Origin: an uncultured Gammaproteobacteria bacterium | Lineage (GTDB): Bacteria > Pseudomonadota > Gammaproteobacteria > GCA-002705445 > GCA-002716945 | Assembly: GCA_902535975.1 (NCBI GenBank) | Contig: CACAVP010000001.1 | Location: 72,352-131,703, forward strand | DNA length: 59,352 bases | Reading direction: 5' to 3' | Part shown: piece by piece, positions 1-9,557 of the stretch | How positions within the stretch are numbered: the stretch's first letter is position 1 | Layout: each line of letters opens with the position of its first letter | Notes under the pieces: generated by a model | Databases searched by the model: none | What the model was told of the DNA's origin: nothing | The model's input: the letters and a program-made list of their open reading frames with translations, nothing else | Program-made: the position numbers and the translations under genes

Positions 1-829
1 ATTTATTCGATATATTATTGATTTTTCTGTAATATTTTTTATTTGCAGTAAAACATAATTCATAGTCTTCGCCACCACCCAGTATGCACTGCTCCTTTAG
101 ATTACCTTCTACATAAATATCAAATTTTGGATCAGTAGGAATAGAGTCAACATCCACCTGGAATCCTTTTTTAGATGAAATTGCTATACTTTTTAGATCT
201 TTAGCTAGTCCATCGGATATATCAATACACGATGATGCAAATTCTGATAATTCTAATCCAACAGCTACTCTGGGAGCTGGCATTACCAGGGATTTTCTAA
301 AATATTTATATCCTTTTGTTTTTTTATCTAATATTAAAGCAGCCCTAGCGCTACCAATATTTCCTGTTACATATATATCATGACCAGTTTTTGCTCCCGA
401 ACGAGTAAGAATTTTATTTTTTTGAACTCCTATCAATGTTATTGATATGCTCATTGGCCCTTTGGTTGTATCGCCACCTATGATTGAAACCTTGTGCTGA
501 TTAAGGAGTTTACGAGTACCATCAAAAAATCTCTTTATCCATGATTCAGATATTCTTGGAATAGTTATATCGTATAAAGCATAAAGTGGTACGCATCCCA
601 TCGAAGCAATATCGCTCAAATTAGTTGCTAATGACTTATGGCCAATTTCTTCAGGAGTATAGTCTTTAGAGAAGTGTGGCCCTAGTAAAGATGTATCAGA
701 AGTAATTACATATTTTTTCCTGCTACTAAATTTTATAATTGCACAGTCATCACCAATACCTTCGATAATATTTTTATTAAAAGTTTTAATATTTTTTAGA
801 TAATTAACAAAATCAAGTTCGCTTTTCAT
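1..829 (-). CDS. thiL: Thiamine-monophosphate kinase, 3' end runs off the window
   Basis: Not in the ORF track because no stop is in the window. Hand translation from ATG at 829: MKSELDFVNYL...GIGDDCAII...HKSLATNLSDIASMG...IIGGDTTKG...CIDISDGL...GGEDYELCFT. Follows nusB as usual. Confidence 0.93.
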   Translation of the reverse strand, partial: MKSELDFVNYLKNIKTFNKNIIEGIGDDCAIIKFSSRKKYVITSDTSLLGPHFSKDYTPEEIGHKSLATNLSDIASMGCVPLYALYDITIPRISESWIKRFFDGTRKLLNQHKVSIIGGDTTKGPMSISITLIGVQKNKILTRSGAKTGHDIYVTGNIGSARAALILDKKTKGYKYFRKSLVMPAPRVAVGLELSEFASSCIDISDGLAKDLKSIAISSKKGFQVDVDSIPTDPKFDIYVEGNLKEQCILGGGEDYELCFTANKKYYRKINNISNK

Positions 830-835
830 ATCTAA

Positions 836-1231
836 TTAGAGTGCATTATCTAAAACTTTATTGAGAAAAGTATACATTTTTGGAGAGGAATACTTCTTTG
901 CAATATTTATATATTCATTAATCACTATATTTTTTGATTTGTTAATAAAAAGAAATTCACAAACACTTAGATGTATAATACATTCATCAAGAAGAGGTAA
1001 ATTCTCAAGCGAAGCTTCAGCCTTCTTGTCTAATAAAGAGATTATCCTATCTTTATTCTCGACATACTCACTTAATATTCTCTCTAAAAGGCTTGCGTCG
1101 TACTTTCTCTTCTCGATAAAGCCGTTCATTATATTCTCAAATGTCTCATCTTGCATTCTCATTTGGTACAAAATTTTTATTGCTGATTCACGTGCAATGA
1201 GTTGTGGTTTATATTTTTTTTCAGACATCAA
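836..1231 (-). CDS. nusB: Transcription antitermination factor NusB (divergent)
   Basis: ARESAIKILYQ, INEYINIAKKY and FLNKVLD motifs; lies between ribH and thiL. Confidence 0.88.
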   Translation of the reverse strand: MMSEKKYKPQLIARESAIKILYQMRMQDETFENIMNGFIEKRKYDASLLERILSEYVENKDRIISLLDKKAEASLENLPLLDECIIHLSVCEFLFINKSKNIVINEYINIAKKYSSPKMYTFLNKVLDNAL

Positions 1232-1763
1232 ACTTATTATTGAAGTTCATTATTTCCAGAGAAGCACTTGCAAATTCTGAACCTTTATCCATTTTCTTGC
1301 CAGCTCTATCGATAGCCTGCTGTTCGTTTTCTACAGTTAGAATTCCATTTAGTATAGGAGTGTTATTTTCAAATGAGACATTTCTAATTGCATTAGTTAC
1401 AGTTGATGATAAAAATTCGTAATGTTGGGTCTCACCTTTAATAATGCAGCCAACTACGAGACAAAGCCTTGGGCTGTACTTTTTTATTATCTTTGAGGTC
1501 AGTAATGGAAGTTCAAAAGCGCCTCCAGGAATTTTTAATGTTCCTACTGTTCCCTCAAATCTATTTATTTTTAAACAATTCAAATATCCATACAATATGC
1601 TTTGGTTGATAGTGAGGTTATAGTCAGAGTAAAAAACTAATATGTCATATTTATTTTTAGATAATTCATTTCCAATAATATTTAAATCGATAAGTTCAAA
1701 AGACTGATTTAAATCATTCAATTCGATAAGATCTTTTTGGTTCTGTTTATTTGAAATTACCAT
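1221..1763 (-). CDS. ribH: 6,7-dimethyl-8-ribityllumazine synthase with N-terminal extension
   Basis: PGGAFELP, GCIIKGETQHYE, NGILT, QAIDRAG and KG motifs; rib operon context. Confidence 0.9.
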   Translation of the reverse strand: MVISNKQNQKDLIELNDLNQSFELIDLNIIGNELSKNKYDILVFYSDYNLTINQSILYGYLNCLKINRFEGTVGTLKIPGGAFELPLLTSKIIKKYSPRLCLVVGCIIKGETQHYEFLSSTVTNAIRNVSFENNTPILNGILTVENEQQAIDRAGKKMDKGSEFASASLEIMNFNNKFDV

Positions 1764-1764
1764 A

Positions 1765-2853
1765 TCATTTAGTTACATGTTTAACGACTTCTAATCCAAA
1801 AGCATTGATACCATGATATTTTTTTGGGGCACTCATAAGGTTCATCTTTCTAACTCCGATGTCATTTAAAATTTGAGCTCCAATTCCAACTGTTCTATAG
1901 TCTTCATAGACCCCCTTATTAGATTTTTTTTGCTGAATAAGTTCTATATTTGACGTGTCAGACTCTGTCATCGTGTTTGTAATATATATAAGCGCACCCT
2001 GCTTCGTTTTACTTATTTTTCTCAATGCATCATCAAGAGGCCAGCTACTGGGTGATAAGAGACCTATCGCATCTGTAAGTGTATTTTGAACATGTACACG
2101 TGTTAGAGTAGATTTTTCGGGTGAAATTTTATTCTTTATAAGTGCAAAATGAATTGCTGAGGTCAAAATATCCTTATAAAATATTGATGTAAATGGACCA
2201 TATTTTGTTTTAATGATCTGTTGGCTAATTCTTTGTATGGTTTTCTCATTCGACACCCTATACTTAATTAACTCTTCAATCGTTCCAATTTTTAAATTAT
2301 GTTTCTTTGAAAATGCTATTAAATCTTTTTTTCTAGCCATGCTACCGTCCTCATTAAGAATCTCCACGATTACAGAAGATGGTTCTAATCCAGCTAATTT
2401 TGCAAGATCACATCCTGCTTCTGTGTGTCCAGCTCTAGTGAGGACACCACCATTTTTAGCCATTATTGGAAAAATGTGGCCTGGCTGAGCAAAATCTTTT
2501 GATTTAGCACTTTTTTTTACTGCTGCTCTAATAGTTCTAGCTCTATCAGATGCAGATATACCTGTCGTAACACCTTTTATAGCATCAATAGAAACTGTGA
2601 AATTGGTTTCTTTTGAAGATTCGCTGCCGCTTTGTTTCAAAAGAGGTAAATCAAGATCCTTACATTTTGATTCGGTTAAAGTCAGGCATATAAGTCCGCG
2701 TCCTTTAGATGCCATAAAATTAATATCTGATGCCTTTATAAATTGAGATGCCATTACTAAATCACCCTCATTCTCTCTATTCTCATCATCCATAATAATG
2801 ACCATTTCACCTTTTCTGATAGAACTAATAATTTCGTCTATAGAGTTAATCAT
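1765..2853 (-). CDS. ribB: DHBP synthase fused to a degenerate GTP cyclohydrolase II-like domain (RibBX type)
   Basis: DDENRENEGDL, GRGLIC, FTVSID, PGHIFP and RAGHTEA motifs. The C-terminal domain reads RVHVQNTLTD and lacks the Zn-binding cysteines. Confidence 0.92.
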   Translation of the reverse strand: MINSIDEIISSIRKGEMVIIMDDENRENEGDLVMASQFIKASDINFMASKGRGLICLTLTESKCKDLDLPLLKQSGSESSKETNFTVSIDAIKGVTTGISASDRARTIRAAVKKSAKSKDFAQPGHIFPIMAKNGGVLTRAGHTEAGCDLAKLAGLEPSSVIVEILNEDGSMARKKDLIAFSKKHNLKIGTIEELIKYRVSNEKTIQRISQQIIKTKYGPFTSIFYKDILTSAIHFALIKNKISPEKSTLTRVHVQNTLTDAIGLLSPSSWPLDDALRKISKTKQGALIYITNTMTESDTSNIELIQQKKSNKGVYEDYRTVGIGAQILNDIGVRKMNLMSAPKKYHGINAFGLEVVKHVTK

Positions 2854-3434
2854 TCTTTTTTGCCTAATTTCTCAATATATTTTGCGAGGATATCAATTTC
2901 AGTATTTAATATGCTCCCTATTTTATAATTCTTAAATATAGTATTACTATAAGTGTGGGGAATGATCATAACACTGAATTCATCAGTATATACCTCATTT
3001 ATTGTCAAGCTAACTCCATCTATAGTAATTGAACCTTTTTGAATTATATACTTCATATAGGTGGAGTCTATTTTAATTTTAACGTACCAGGAATTATCTA
3101 TTTTTTTAAGCTCTGTTATCTCAGAACATGTATCCACATGGCCCTGAACAATATGTCCACTTAATAGCTTATTTATAGTAAGCGATTTTTCTATGTTCAC
3201 ATAATCATTCTTCTTTATATTTTTAAAATTTGATAGATTATAAGTCTCTGGTGAAATACTGAATGAATATACGTTGTCATCAATATCCTCAACAGTAAGA
3301 CATACTCCATTTATGCAAATACTGTCACCAAGTGCTGAGTTGAAATCATCTATTCTTATACCAATTACTTGAGAAATACTTTTTTCTGTTACATGAGAAA
3401 CTTTTCCAATTTTTTCTATTATTCCAGTGAACAT
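2850..3434 (-). CDS. ribE: Riboflavin synthase (alpha chain)
   Basis: MFTGIIE N-terminus; GDSICINGVCLTV, SGHIVQGHVD and GSITIDGVSLTIN motifs. Confidence 0.96.
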   Translation of the reverse strand: MFTGIIEKIGKVSHVTEKSISQVIGIRIDDFNSALGDSICINGVCLTVEDIDDNVYSFSISPETYNLSNFKNIKKNDYVNIEKSLTINKLLSGHIVQGHVDTCSEITELKKIDNSWYVKIKIDSTYMKYIIQKGSITIDGVSLTINEVYTDEFSVMIIPHTYSNTIFKNYKIGSILNTEIDILAKYIEKLGKKE

Positions 3435-4543
3435 TATTGTTTTCTTAAATTAATGTATAGATCATTTTTTATTGGCATGATCTCACTAATTCGCAGTGTT
3501 ATTTTGTCTTTAAGTCTTTGCACTGGATCTATTCCGGAAAAAGTATAACCTTTATCACCGATAATTTTTGGTGCTACAAAAAGCATAAACTCATCTACAG
3601 CATTTTCTTTAATGAGATATCTAGAGAAAGTATTGCCACACTCGATAAGAATATCATTCAAATCATAAGTATTAGCAATTTCATATATATCTTTAAGATT
3701 TACTTTTCCATTATTAAATGTATTCACGTATTTTATTACTACATTTTCACTGTATGTTTTAATTGGACGGTTATTCGTATTTTTTGAGTCTGTGATTATT
3801 ATAACTAGGCGATTTTTAGTTTTAAATATATTGGATGTCACTGGTATTCTCATTTTTGCATCCAAAACAATTAAAGCCGGTTGATTTGTTATAAGATCTT
3901 TTATTTTTTTTTCTCTTATATTCATGTATGGATTATCATCTATCACAGTGTTACAAGTTGTAAGTATGGCATTTACTTCCGCCCTTTTGCTTTGTACAAA
4001 AGTTCTGGAATCTTCAGATGTGATCCATTTACTCTCTTTTCTTTGATTTGCAATTTTCCCATCAATTGAAATGCCATATTTCAATCTCATATATGGCTTG
4101 TCATGGTTAAACTTATAGAAGAATGATTTATTTAGCTCCCTAGCATCTGATTCACAAACTCCTGTTGTCACATCAATTCCATTATCTTTTAATTTGTTTA
4201 TACTTTTTTCATTGACTAAAGGATTAGGATCTTTAGACGCAATTACTACCCTTGATATTTTGCTCTCTATTATGGCATCAACACATGGTGGTGTATTTCC
4301 ATAATGAGCACATGGCTCCAAAGTTACATACATAGTTGATCCTTTAAGACTTTCTTTGGACTTATCTATTGCTTCGCGTTCGGCATGTTTCCCTCGGAAT
4401 CTTTTGTGATAACCTTTGCTGATAATTTTATCATTTTTTACAATTACAGCTCCTACAAGCGGGTTTGGATGCGTTCGATATTTTCCATTTTTTGCTAACT
4501 CAATAGCTTTATTCATGTATTTCTTATCGGTAGTATTATTCAT
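3434..4543 (-). CDS. ribD: Bifunctional pyrimidine deaminase/reductase RibD
   Basis: PNPLVGAVIV, HAE, TLEPCAHYGNTPPC and DGKIA motifs. Start placed at ATG 4543, overlapping the nrdR stop by 8 nt (track starts at 4552). Confidence 0.95.
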   Translation of the reverse strand: MNNTTDKKYMNKAIELAKNGKYRTHPNPLVGAVIVKNDKIISKGYHKRFRGKHAEREAIDKSKESLKGSTMYVTLEPCAHYGNTPPCVDAIIESKISRVVIASKDPNPLVNEKSINKLKDNGIDVTTGVCESDARELNKSFFYKFNHDKPYMRLKYGISIDGKIANQRKESKWITSEDSRTFVQSKRAEVNAILTTCNTVIDDNPYMNIREKKIKDLITNQPALIVLDAKMRIPVTSNIFKTKNRLVIIITDSKNTNNRPIKTYSENVVIKYVNTFNNGKVNLKDIYEIANTYDLNDILIECGNTFSRYLIKENAVDEFMLFVAPKIIGDKGYTFSGIDPVQRLKDKITLRISEIMPIKNDLYINLRKQ

Positions 4544-5036
4544 CAATTTCAATTTTATTCTGGTTTTTTAACATAATAGGTGAAGGTTGTTTCTCAAGAT
4601 TTTCAATTATTGATTTAAAAGAGCGGACATCATTAAAGCTCAAATACACTGACGCAAATCTTAAATACGCAACCTGATCTACCTTAATTATTTCTCTCAT
4701 AATGATTTCTCCAATCTCTCTGGATGGAATCTCTTTATTTGGGTGCTGAGAGCACTTAGTTAGTACTTTTTGTACTAGTTCATCGATTTCGTCAATAGAA
4801 ACTTTTCTTTTTTCAAATGCTCTATTTATGCCTCTTCGAATTTTAGTTTCATTAAAAACCTCACTTGATTCATCAGATTTAGTAACACGAGGATAATTCA
4901 GCTCGGAAGACTCAAGTGTATTGAATCTAGCTCCACATACTAGACACTCTCTCCTACGCTTAATAGAATAGGAATCTTCATTGAAACGAGAGTCAATGAC
5001 TTTTGTCTCTGCTGAGCCACAAAATGGACAGCGCAT
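4536..5036 (-). CDS. nrdR: Transcriptional repressor NrdR
   Basis: MRCPFCG...RRRECLVCGARF zinc ribbon, ATP cone, VAYLRFASVY. Confidence 0.97.
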   Translation of the reverse strand: MRCPFCGSAETKVIDSRFNEDSYSIKRRRECLVCGARFNTLESSELNYPRVTKSDESSEVFNETKIRRGINRAFEKRKVSIDEIDELVQKVLTKCSQHPNKEIPSREIGEIIMREIIKVDQVAYLRFASVYLSFNDVRSFKSIIENLEKQPSPIMLKNQNKIEIDE

Positions 5037-5046
5037 AGGTCTTCTC

Positions 5047-6318
5047 TTAGGCTACTGCTTGTTTACTAGACGAATATACAGGGAATTGTGAGCATAGATT
5101 AAGAACCTTTTCCTTGATTTTTTTAATCTCCTCTTCATTGTCTATATTATCTAGGACATCACATATCAGATTGCCTAATATCTTTGTTTCAGTCTCTTTA
5201 AAACCGCGAGTTGTTATAGCTGGTGTTCCAAGTCGAATACCGCTCGTAACAAAAGGTGACTGAGGATCATTAGGAACTGAGTTCTTATTTACCGTTATAT
5301 TAGCACTATGTAGAGCAGCATCTGCAGCTTTGCCAGTCAGGCCTTGCTTGACTAAACTTACTAACATTAAATGATTTTTTGTTCCACCAGATACAATTTC
5401 AAAACCACGTTCCATCATTGTCTGTGCTAAAACATTTGCATTAGCGATAACTTGATTCATATAGTCTTTGAATTCAGGTTCGAGTGCTTCTTTAAATGCA
5501 ACAGCTTTAGCAGCAATAACGTGCATTAAAGGACCACCTTGAGTACCAGGGAATACTAGAGAATTAAATTTTTTCTCAAGTTCTTCGTTCGCTTTACAGA
5601 TAATGATTCCGCCTCTTGGCCCTCTCAATGTTTTATGTGTTGTCGAAGTTACGACATCTGCATAAGGGACGGGGTTTGGATAGACTCCAGCAGCTACTAA
5701 TCCAGAAACATGGGCCATATCGACATGGAAATACGCTCCGACTGATTTTGCAATCTCAGACATTCTTTTCCAGTCAATTATTTGAGAATATGCTGAAAAA
5801 CCACCAATCAACATTTTTGGTTTATGTTCTTTTGCGAGTTTCTCAACTTCATCGTAATCGATCAGTCCTTCTTCATTAATACCATATTGCACAGCGTTAA
5901 ATATTTTCCCTGAGAAATTAACTTTAGCGCCGTGTGTAAGATGTCCACCTGCATCCAAAGACATTCCCAAAATAGTATCGCCCGGTTTTAAAAGAGCAAG
6001 GTAGACAGCTGCATTAGCCTGCGAACCAGAGTGTGGCTGAACATTTGCATAATCTGCACCATATAATTCTTTGAGCCTATCTATGGCAAGTTGTTCTGCA
6101 ACATCAACGTTTTCACAACCACCATAATATCTCTTGCCAGGGTATCCCTCAGCATATTTATTAGTCATTAAAGATCCTTGAGCCTCAAGTACTCTTGGGC
6201 TTGCGTAATTTTCTGAGGCAATCAGTTCAACATGCTCTTCTTGTCTCTTTATCTCTTTTCTCATTGCATCATTGAGCTCATCATCAAATCCTGCAATTTT
6301 CATATCCATTGTAAACAT
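5047..6318 (-). CDS. glyA: Serine hydroxymethyltransferase
   Basis: [43 protein letters not shown]; SD GGAG upstream. Confidence 0.98.
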   Translation of the reverse strand: MFTMDMKIAGFDDELNDAMRKEIKRQEEHVELIASENYASPRVLEAQGSLMTNKYAEGYPGKRYYGGCENVDVAEQLAIDRLKELYGADYANVQPHSGSQANAAVYLALLKPGDTILGMSLDAGGHLTHGAKVNFSGKIFNAVQYGINEEGLIDYDEVEKLAKEHKPKMLIGGFSAYSQIIDWKRMSEIAKSVGAYFHVDMAHVSGLVAAGVYPNPVPYADVVTSTTHKTLRGPRGGIIICKANEELEKKFNSLVFPGTQGGPLMHVIAAKAVAFKEALEPEFKDYMNQVIANANVLAQTMMERGFEIVSGGTKNHLMLVSLVKQGLTGKAADAALHSANITVNKNSVPNDPQSPFVTSGIRLGTPAITTRGFKETETKILGNLICDVLDNIDNEEEIKKIKEKVLNLCSQFPVYSSSKQAVA

Positions 6319-6351
6319 TTTACTCTCCGTTAATTCTGGTTCAGCCTAAAA

Positions 6352-6360
6352 ATTTTACCA
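6352..6360 (-). promoter_or_regulatory. Extended -10 promoter element (TGgTAAAAT) upstream of glyA
   Basis: Matches TGnTAnAAT about 34 nt upstream of the glyA start, in the 59-nt soxB-glyA gap. Confidence 0.45.
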
Positions 6361-6377
6361 CCATCAGCTATTTTTGT

Positions 6378-8102
6378 CTAAATATCTATACCAATATTGT
6401 CTTTTTCACCAATTACATTAATATTTCTACTATTATCAACTTTGTACTGTCCTATTGCTCTAAGGTATTCAGCAGCAATCTCCCAGATAGGTCTTCCCTC
6501 CTCAACATTATTAACACTAGCCCATCCACTAACTTTATACATTTTATTAGGTTTTATTGATAAATCATTGTTTAATCTAAGATTTGATATCCTATTATTC
6601 ATTGTTTGTTGCGGATTAATTGAATATTTTATCCCTCTCGTTCTGACCATATCCCCTCCTTGCTGCAGATACGGGTCAACATTGAAAATATTGTCAGCGA
6701 CATCCTCAAGTATATTTTTAATTGTTTCACCACTCATTTCACGTACATATGTGTTTGGATAGGTTATTGCAGTATGATTATATATATCCTCCATACTAAT
6801 ACTCTGATTAGGCAATAGTGTAGCGCCCCATCTAAATCCAGGACTTAACGACAGCTGGGTATTCAGGACATTATTCATAGAATCACATAAAAGATCGTCA
6901 AAAGTCCCATTAAAATTACTCCTCCTATACAGCGTCTCACTCGCATAACCGACAATTTCACTCAAATCAGCTTTGTATGGATCAGATATCTTGTTTATAT
7001 ATCTTTTCATATCTTTATTAGGTGAAATCTGACTCGATAATATTGGAATTAAACTATACTTATAAGTATATGATTTTCCTGAAAACTTAATATCCATTAC
7101 TGATACAAATTTCCCATTACAACCAGAATTAGCAACAAGAGTAACTCCAGAATTATTCTTTACTTCGATTACATTTGGAACAGCGTCATGGGTGTGCCCT
7201 CCCAGAATAATATCTATTCCGTAAACTCTACTTGCTAATTTCTTATCAACATCAATACCATTATGAGACAGAACAACTACTAGATCTGGTTTATGCTTAA
7301 CTTTCACCTTATCTAGCGTTGTCTGCAGCTCTTGTTCACGTATGCCAAATGTTAAATTTGGTACTAATCTTGCTGGATTGGCTATAGGTGTATAAGGAAA
7401 GGCTTGACCGATAATTGCGATTTGTCTGCCATTTATCTCTTTTATTGTGTATGGCTTCTGATAATGGTTTTCATCATTATATGCCTGAATATCATTGAAT
7501 ATTGCCTCGTCATTTAGAAAAACATTATTTGCAACAAATTCTCCATTGAATTTTGATAGATTATCAAGAAATTGCTCCTCACCAAAAGTAAACTCCCAAT
7601 GTCCTGTCATTACATCAACGCCTAATATATTTGAAGCTTGAACCATATCCATTCCATTAGTAAATAGTGAAATAGCAGAACCCTGCCAGGTATCCCCTCC
7701 ATCTAATAGCAATGATTTTCCTCCAGCCTCACCTCTCAGCTTATCAATAACAGTTTTTAAATATGCATACCCACCGAATTTACCATACTCTTTAGCGAGC
7801 TCGTTATAATTCAGGTAAGTGTATACATACTTATTAAAATCGTCATTCAAGGAGTAATAGTCTAAAAATTCTTTGCCTACGATGTGTGGTGGTACATTTT
7901 TATTTATCCCTGTTCCAAGGTTTATGTTAGGTTCTCTAAAATATGTTGGGTTTAATTGAGCATGTGTATCAGTTATATGTAGCAGCCTTATATCTGAGTT
8001 AAAGCCATAATTATAACTGGCTGAGCTTCTCCCAAATACATTTTTATTCAAGCCAACTAAATAAGCGGCTGCCATGATTTGTAAAAATTCTCTTCTATTC
8101 AT
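6378..8102 (-). CDS. soxB: Thiosulfohydrolase SoxB (Tat-exported, 5'-nucleotidase fold)
   Basis: Tat signal MNRREFL. SoxB motifs LLHITDTHAQL-PTYFREP, LLLDGGDTWQGS, MTGHWEFT, SHNG, GHTHD, PGFRWG and DPYLQQGGDMVR. Confidence 0.9.
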   Translation of the reverse strand: MNRREFLQIMAAAYLVGLNKNVFGRSSASYNYGFNSDIRLLHITDTHAQLNPTYFREPNINLGTGINKNVPPHIVGKEFLDYYSLNDDFNKYVYTYLNYNELAKEYGKFGGYAYLKTVIDKLRGEAGGKSLLLDGGDTWQGSAISLFTNGMDMVQASNILGVDVMTGHWEFTFGEEQFLDNLSKFNGEFVANNVFLNDEAIFNDIQAYNDENHYQKPYTIKEINGRQIAIIGQAFPYTPIANPARLVPNLTFGIREQELQTTLDKVKVKHKPDLVVVLSHNGIDVDKKLASRVYGIDIILGGHTHDAVPNVIEVKNNSGVTLVANSGCNGKFVSVMDIKFSGKSYTYKYSLIPILSSQISPNKDMKRYINKISDPYKADLSEIVGYASETLYRRSNFNGTFDDLLCDSMNNVLNTQLSLSPGFRWGATLLPNQSISMEDIYNHTAITYPNTYVREMSGETIKNILEDVADNIFNVDPYLQQGGDMVRTRGIKYSINPQQTMNNRISNLRLNNDLSIKPNKMYKVSGWASVNNVEEGRPIWEIAAEYLRAIGQYKVDNSRNINVIGEKDNIGIDI

Positions 8103-8631
8103 TAAGTTTATAAAAATTATATCTCTTTAAAATAATTATAACTAATAAAATCGAGCTAAAAAGAATCAAGTAGTAGTAATCTGCTTTAATTATAAAATAG
8201 ATATGAGCTAAGATAAAAAAATAAACCATGTATATGATTTTATGTAATTTTTTCCAGTCTTTAATTTTATCTTTAAAATATTGAAAAGATGTCAAATACA
8301 TCGGTATTAATAATAGCAAAGCTAGATACCCTACAATAATATAATTTCTAAATAATGCATCTTCTAAAATAAGCGTAAGGTCATAGCTATTATCGATTAC
8401 ATATAATATGAAATGGATCATAGAAAAATAGAAAGCGGATATACCAAATAGCCTAGTTTTAATCTTAAAATTATTATTTTTAAGAAGAGGTAAGGATAGT
8501 GTGATTACAAGGTAGACTAATGCTATATAACCCGTCAATGTTATTACATAGCTTGTTTTATTGATTATTTCATCATCTAAAAATATATAACTAGTTAAAA
8601 TAGCTAATGGAAGTAAAAATATATTTAACAC
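8095..8631 (-). CDS. msrQ: Heme-binding membrane subunit MsrQ (YedZ), short form
   Basis: GTG start; multi-pass hydrophobic protein; HFILY, WKKLHKIIY and LAHIYF histidine motifs; directly downstream of msrP. Confidence 0.82.
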   Translation of the reverse strand: MLNIFLLPLAILTSYIFLDDEIINKTSYVITLTGYIALVYLVITLSLPLLKNNNFKIKTRLFGISAFYFSMIHFILYVIDNSYDLTLILEDALFRNYIIVGYLALLLLIPMYLTSFQYFKDKIKDWKKLHKIIYMVYFFILAHIYFIIKADYYYLILFSSILLVIIILKRYNFYKLNE

Positions 8632-8633
8632 AA

Positions 8634-9557
8634 TTAGAAATTTTTAGTTAGGTCCATGCCCTCATACAAATGAGCAACATGTTCTGCATAACCATTATGC
8701 ATGAGTGTATCTCTCTTTCTAAATTCACCTATCCTTCTCTCTCTCTTCTGACTCCATCTAGGATGTGATACATAAGGGTTAACATTTGAATAGAAGCCAT
8801 ACTCATTTGGCGCCTCAAGATTCCATGAAGTATCAGGCATCTTTTCGACAAAACTTATTTTTGTTATAGATTTAATGCTCTTGAAACCATACTTCCAAGG
8901 AACAATTAGTCTGATTGGGCTTCCATTTTGATTAGGCAATATACGTCCATACAAACCTACAGAAAGAATAGTTAATGGATTTCTTGCCTCGTCTAGTCTC
9001 AATCCCTCTCTATATGGCCATGCAAGGATATTTCTTTTTTGGCCTGGCAAGTTTTCAGGATCATATACAGATTCAAAGGCAATGAATTTTGCTTTATAAG
9101 TAGGTTCGGCAAGTTTTATTATGTGGCTTAATTCGAATCCTATCCATGGCACTACCATCGACCATGCCTCGACACATCTCAAACGATATATCCTTTCCTC
9201 TAATGGAAATTTATTAATAAAATCATCTTTACTTAAAGTAACTTTATTTTTAACTTCTCCATCAATTGAAACAGTCCAATCGTCAGTATTGAGTTTTTCA
9301 GCATTCATCATTGGGTCTCTTTTACCACTTCCCAACTCATAAAAGTTATTATATGAGGTTATTTGCTTGAATGTATTGGTCTCTTCATTAGTACTATATT
9401 TCATATCTTTTGAAAAAATTAATTTTTTATCATTCGAAAATAATAAATTTGAAAATGTTAATAATGAGAATGCTAAAGACGATTTTATAATAGCTCGTCT
9501 TTGATTAAAAAGCTTTTCATCAGTTACATGATTCTCTTTTAGACAATACTTCGACAT
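8634..9557 (-). CDS. msrP: Protein-methionine-sulfoxide reductase catalytic subunit MsrP (YedY)
   Basis: Tat motif NQRRAII; YNNFYE, RLRCVEAWSM (Mo-ligating Cys), PNQNGSPIRLIVPWKYGFKSIKSI and HPRWSQ. Confidence 0.95.
   Translation of the reverse strand: MSKYCLKENHVTDEKLFNQRRAIIKSSLAFSLLTFSNLLFSNDKKLIFSKDMKYSTNEETNTFKQITSYNNFYELGSGKRDPMMNAEKLNTDDWTVSIDGEVKNKVTLSKDDFINKFPLEERIYRLRCVEAWSMVVPWIGFELSHIIKLAEPTYKAKFIAFESVYDPENLPGQKRNILAWPYREGLRLDEARNPLTILSVGLYGRILPNQNGSPIRLIVPWKYGFKSIKSITKISFVEKMPDTSWNLEAPNEYGFYSNVNPYVSHPRWSQKRERRIGEFRKRDTLMHNGYAEHVAHLYEGMDLTKNF

Noticed and set aside
6319-6377. FMN or other riboswitch controlling the glyA-rib operon
   Set aside because: The gaps are 59 nt or less and contain no recognisable aptamer consensus.
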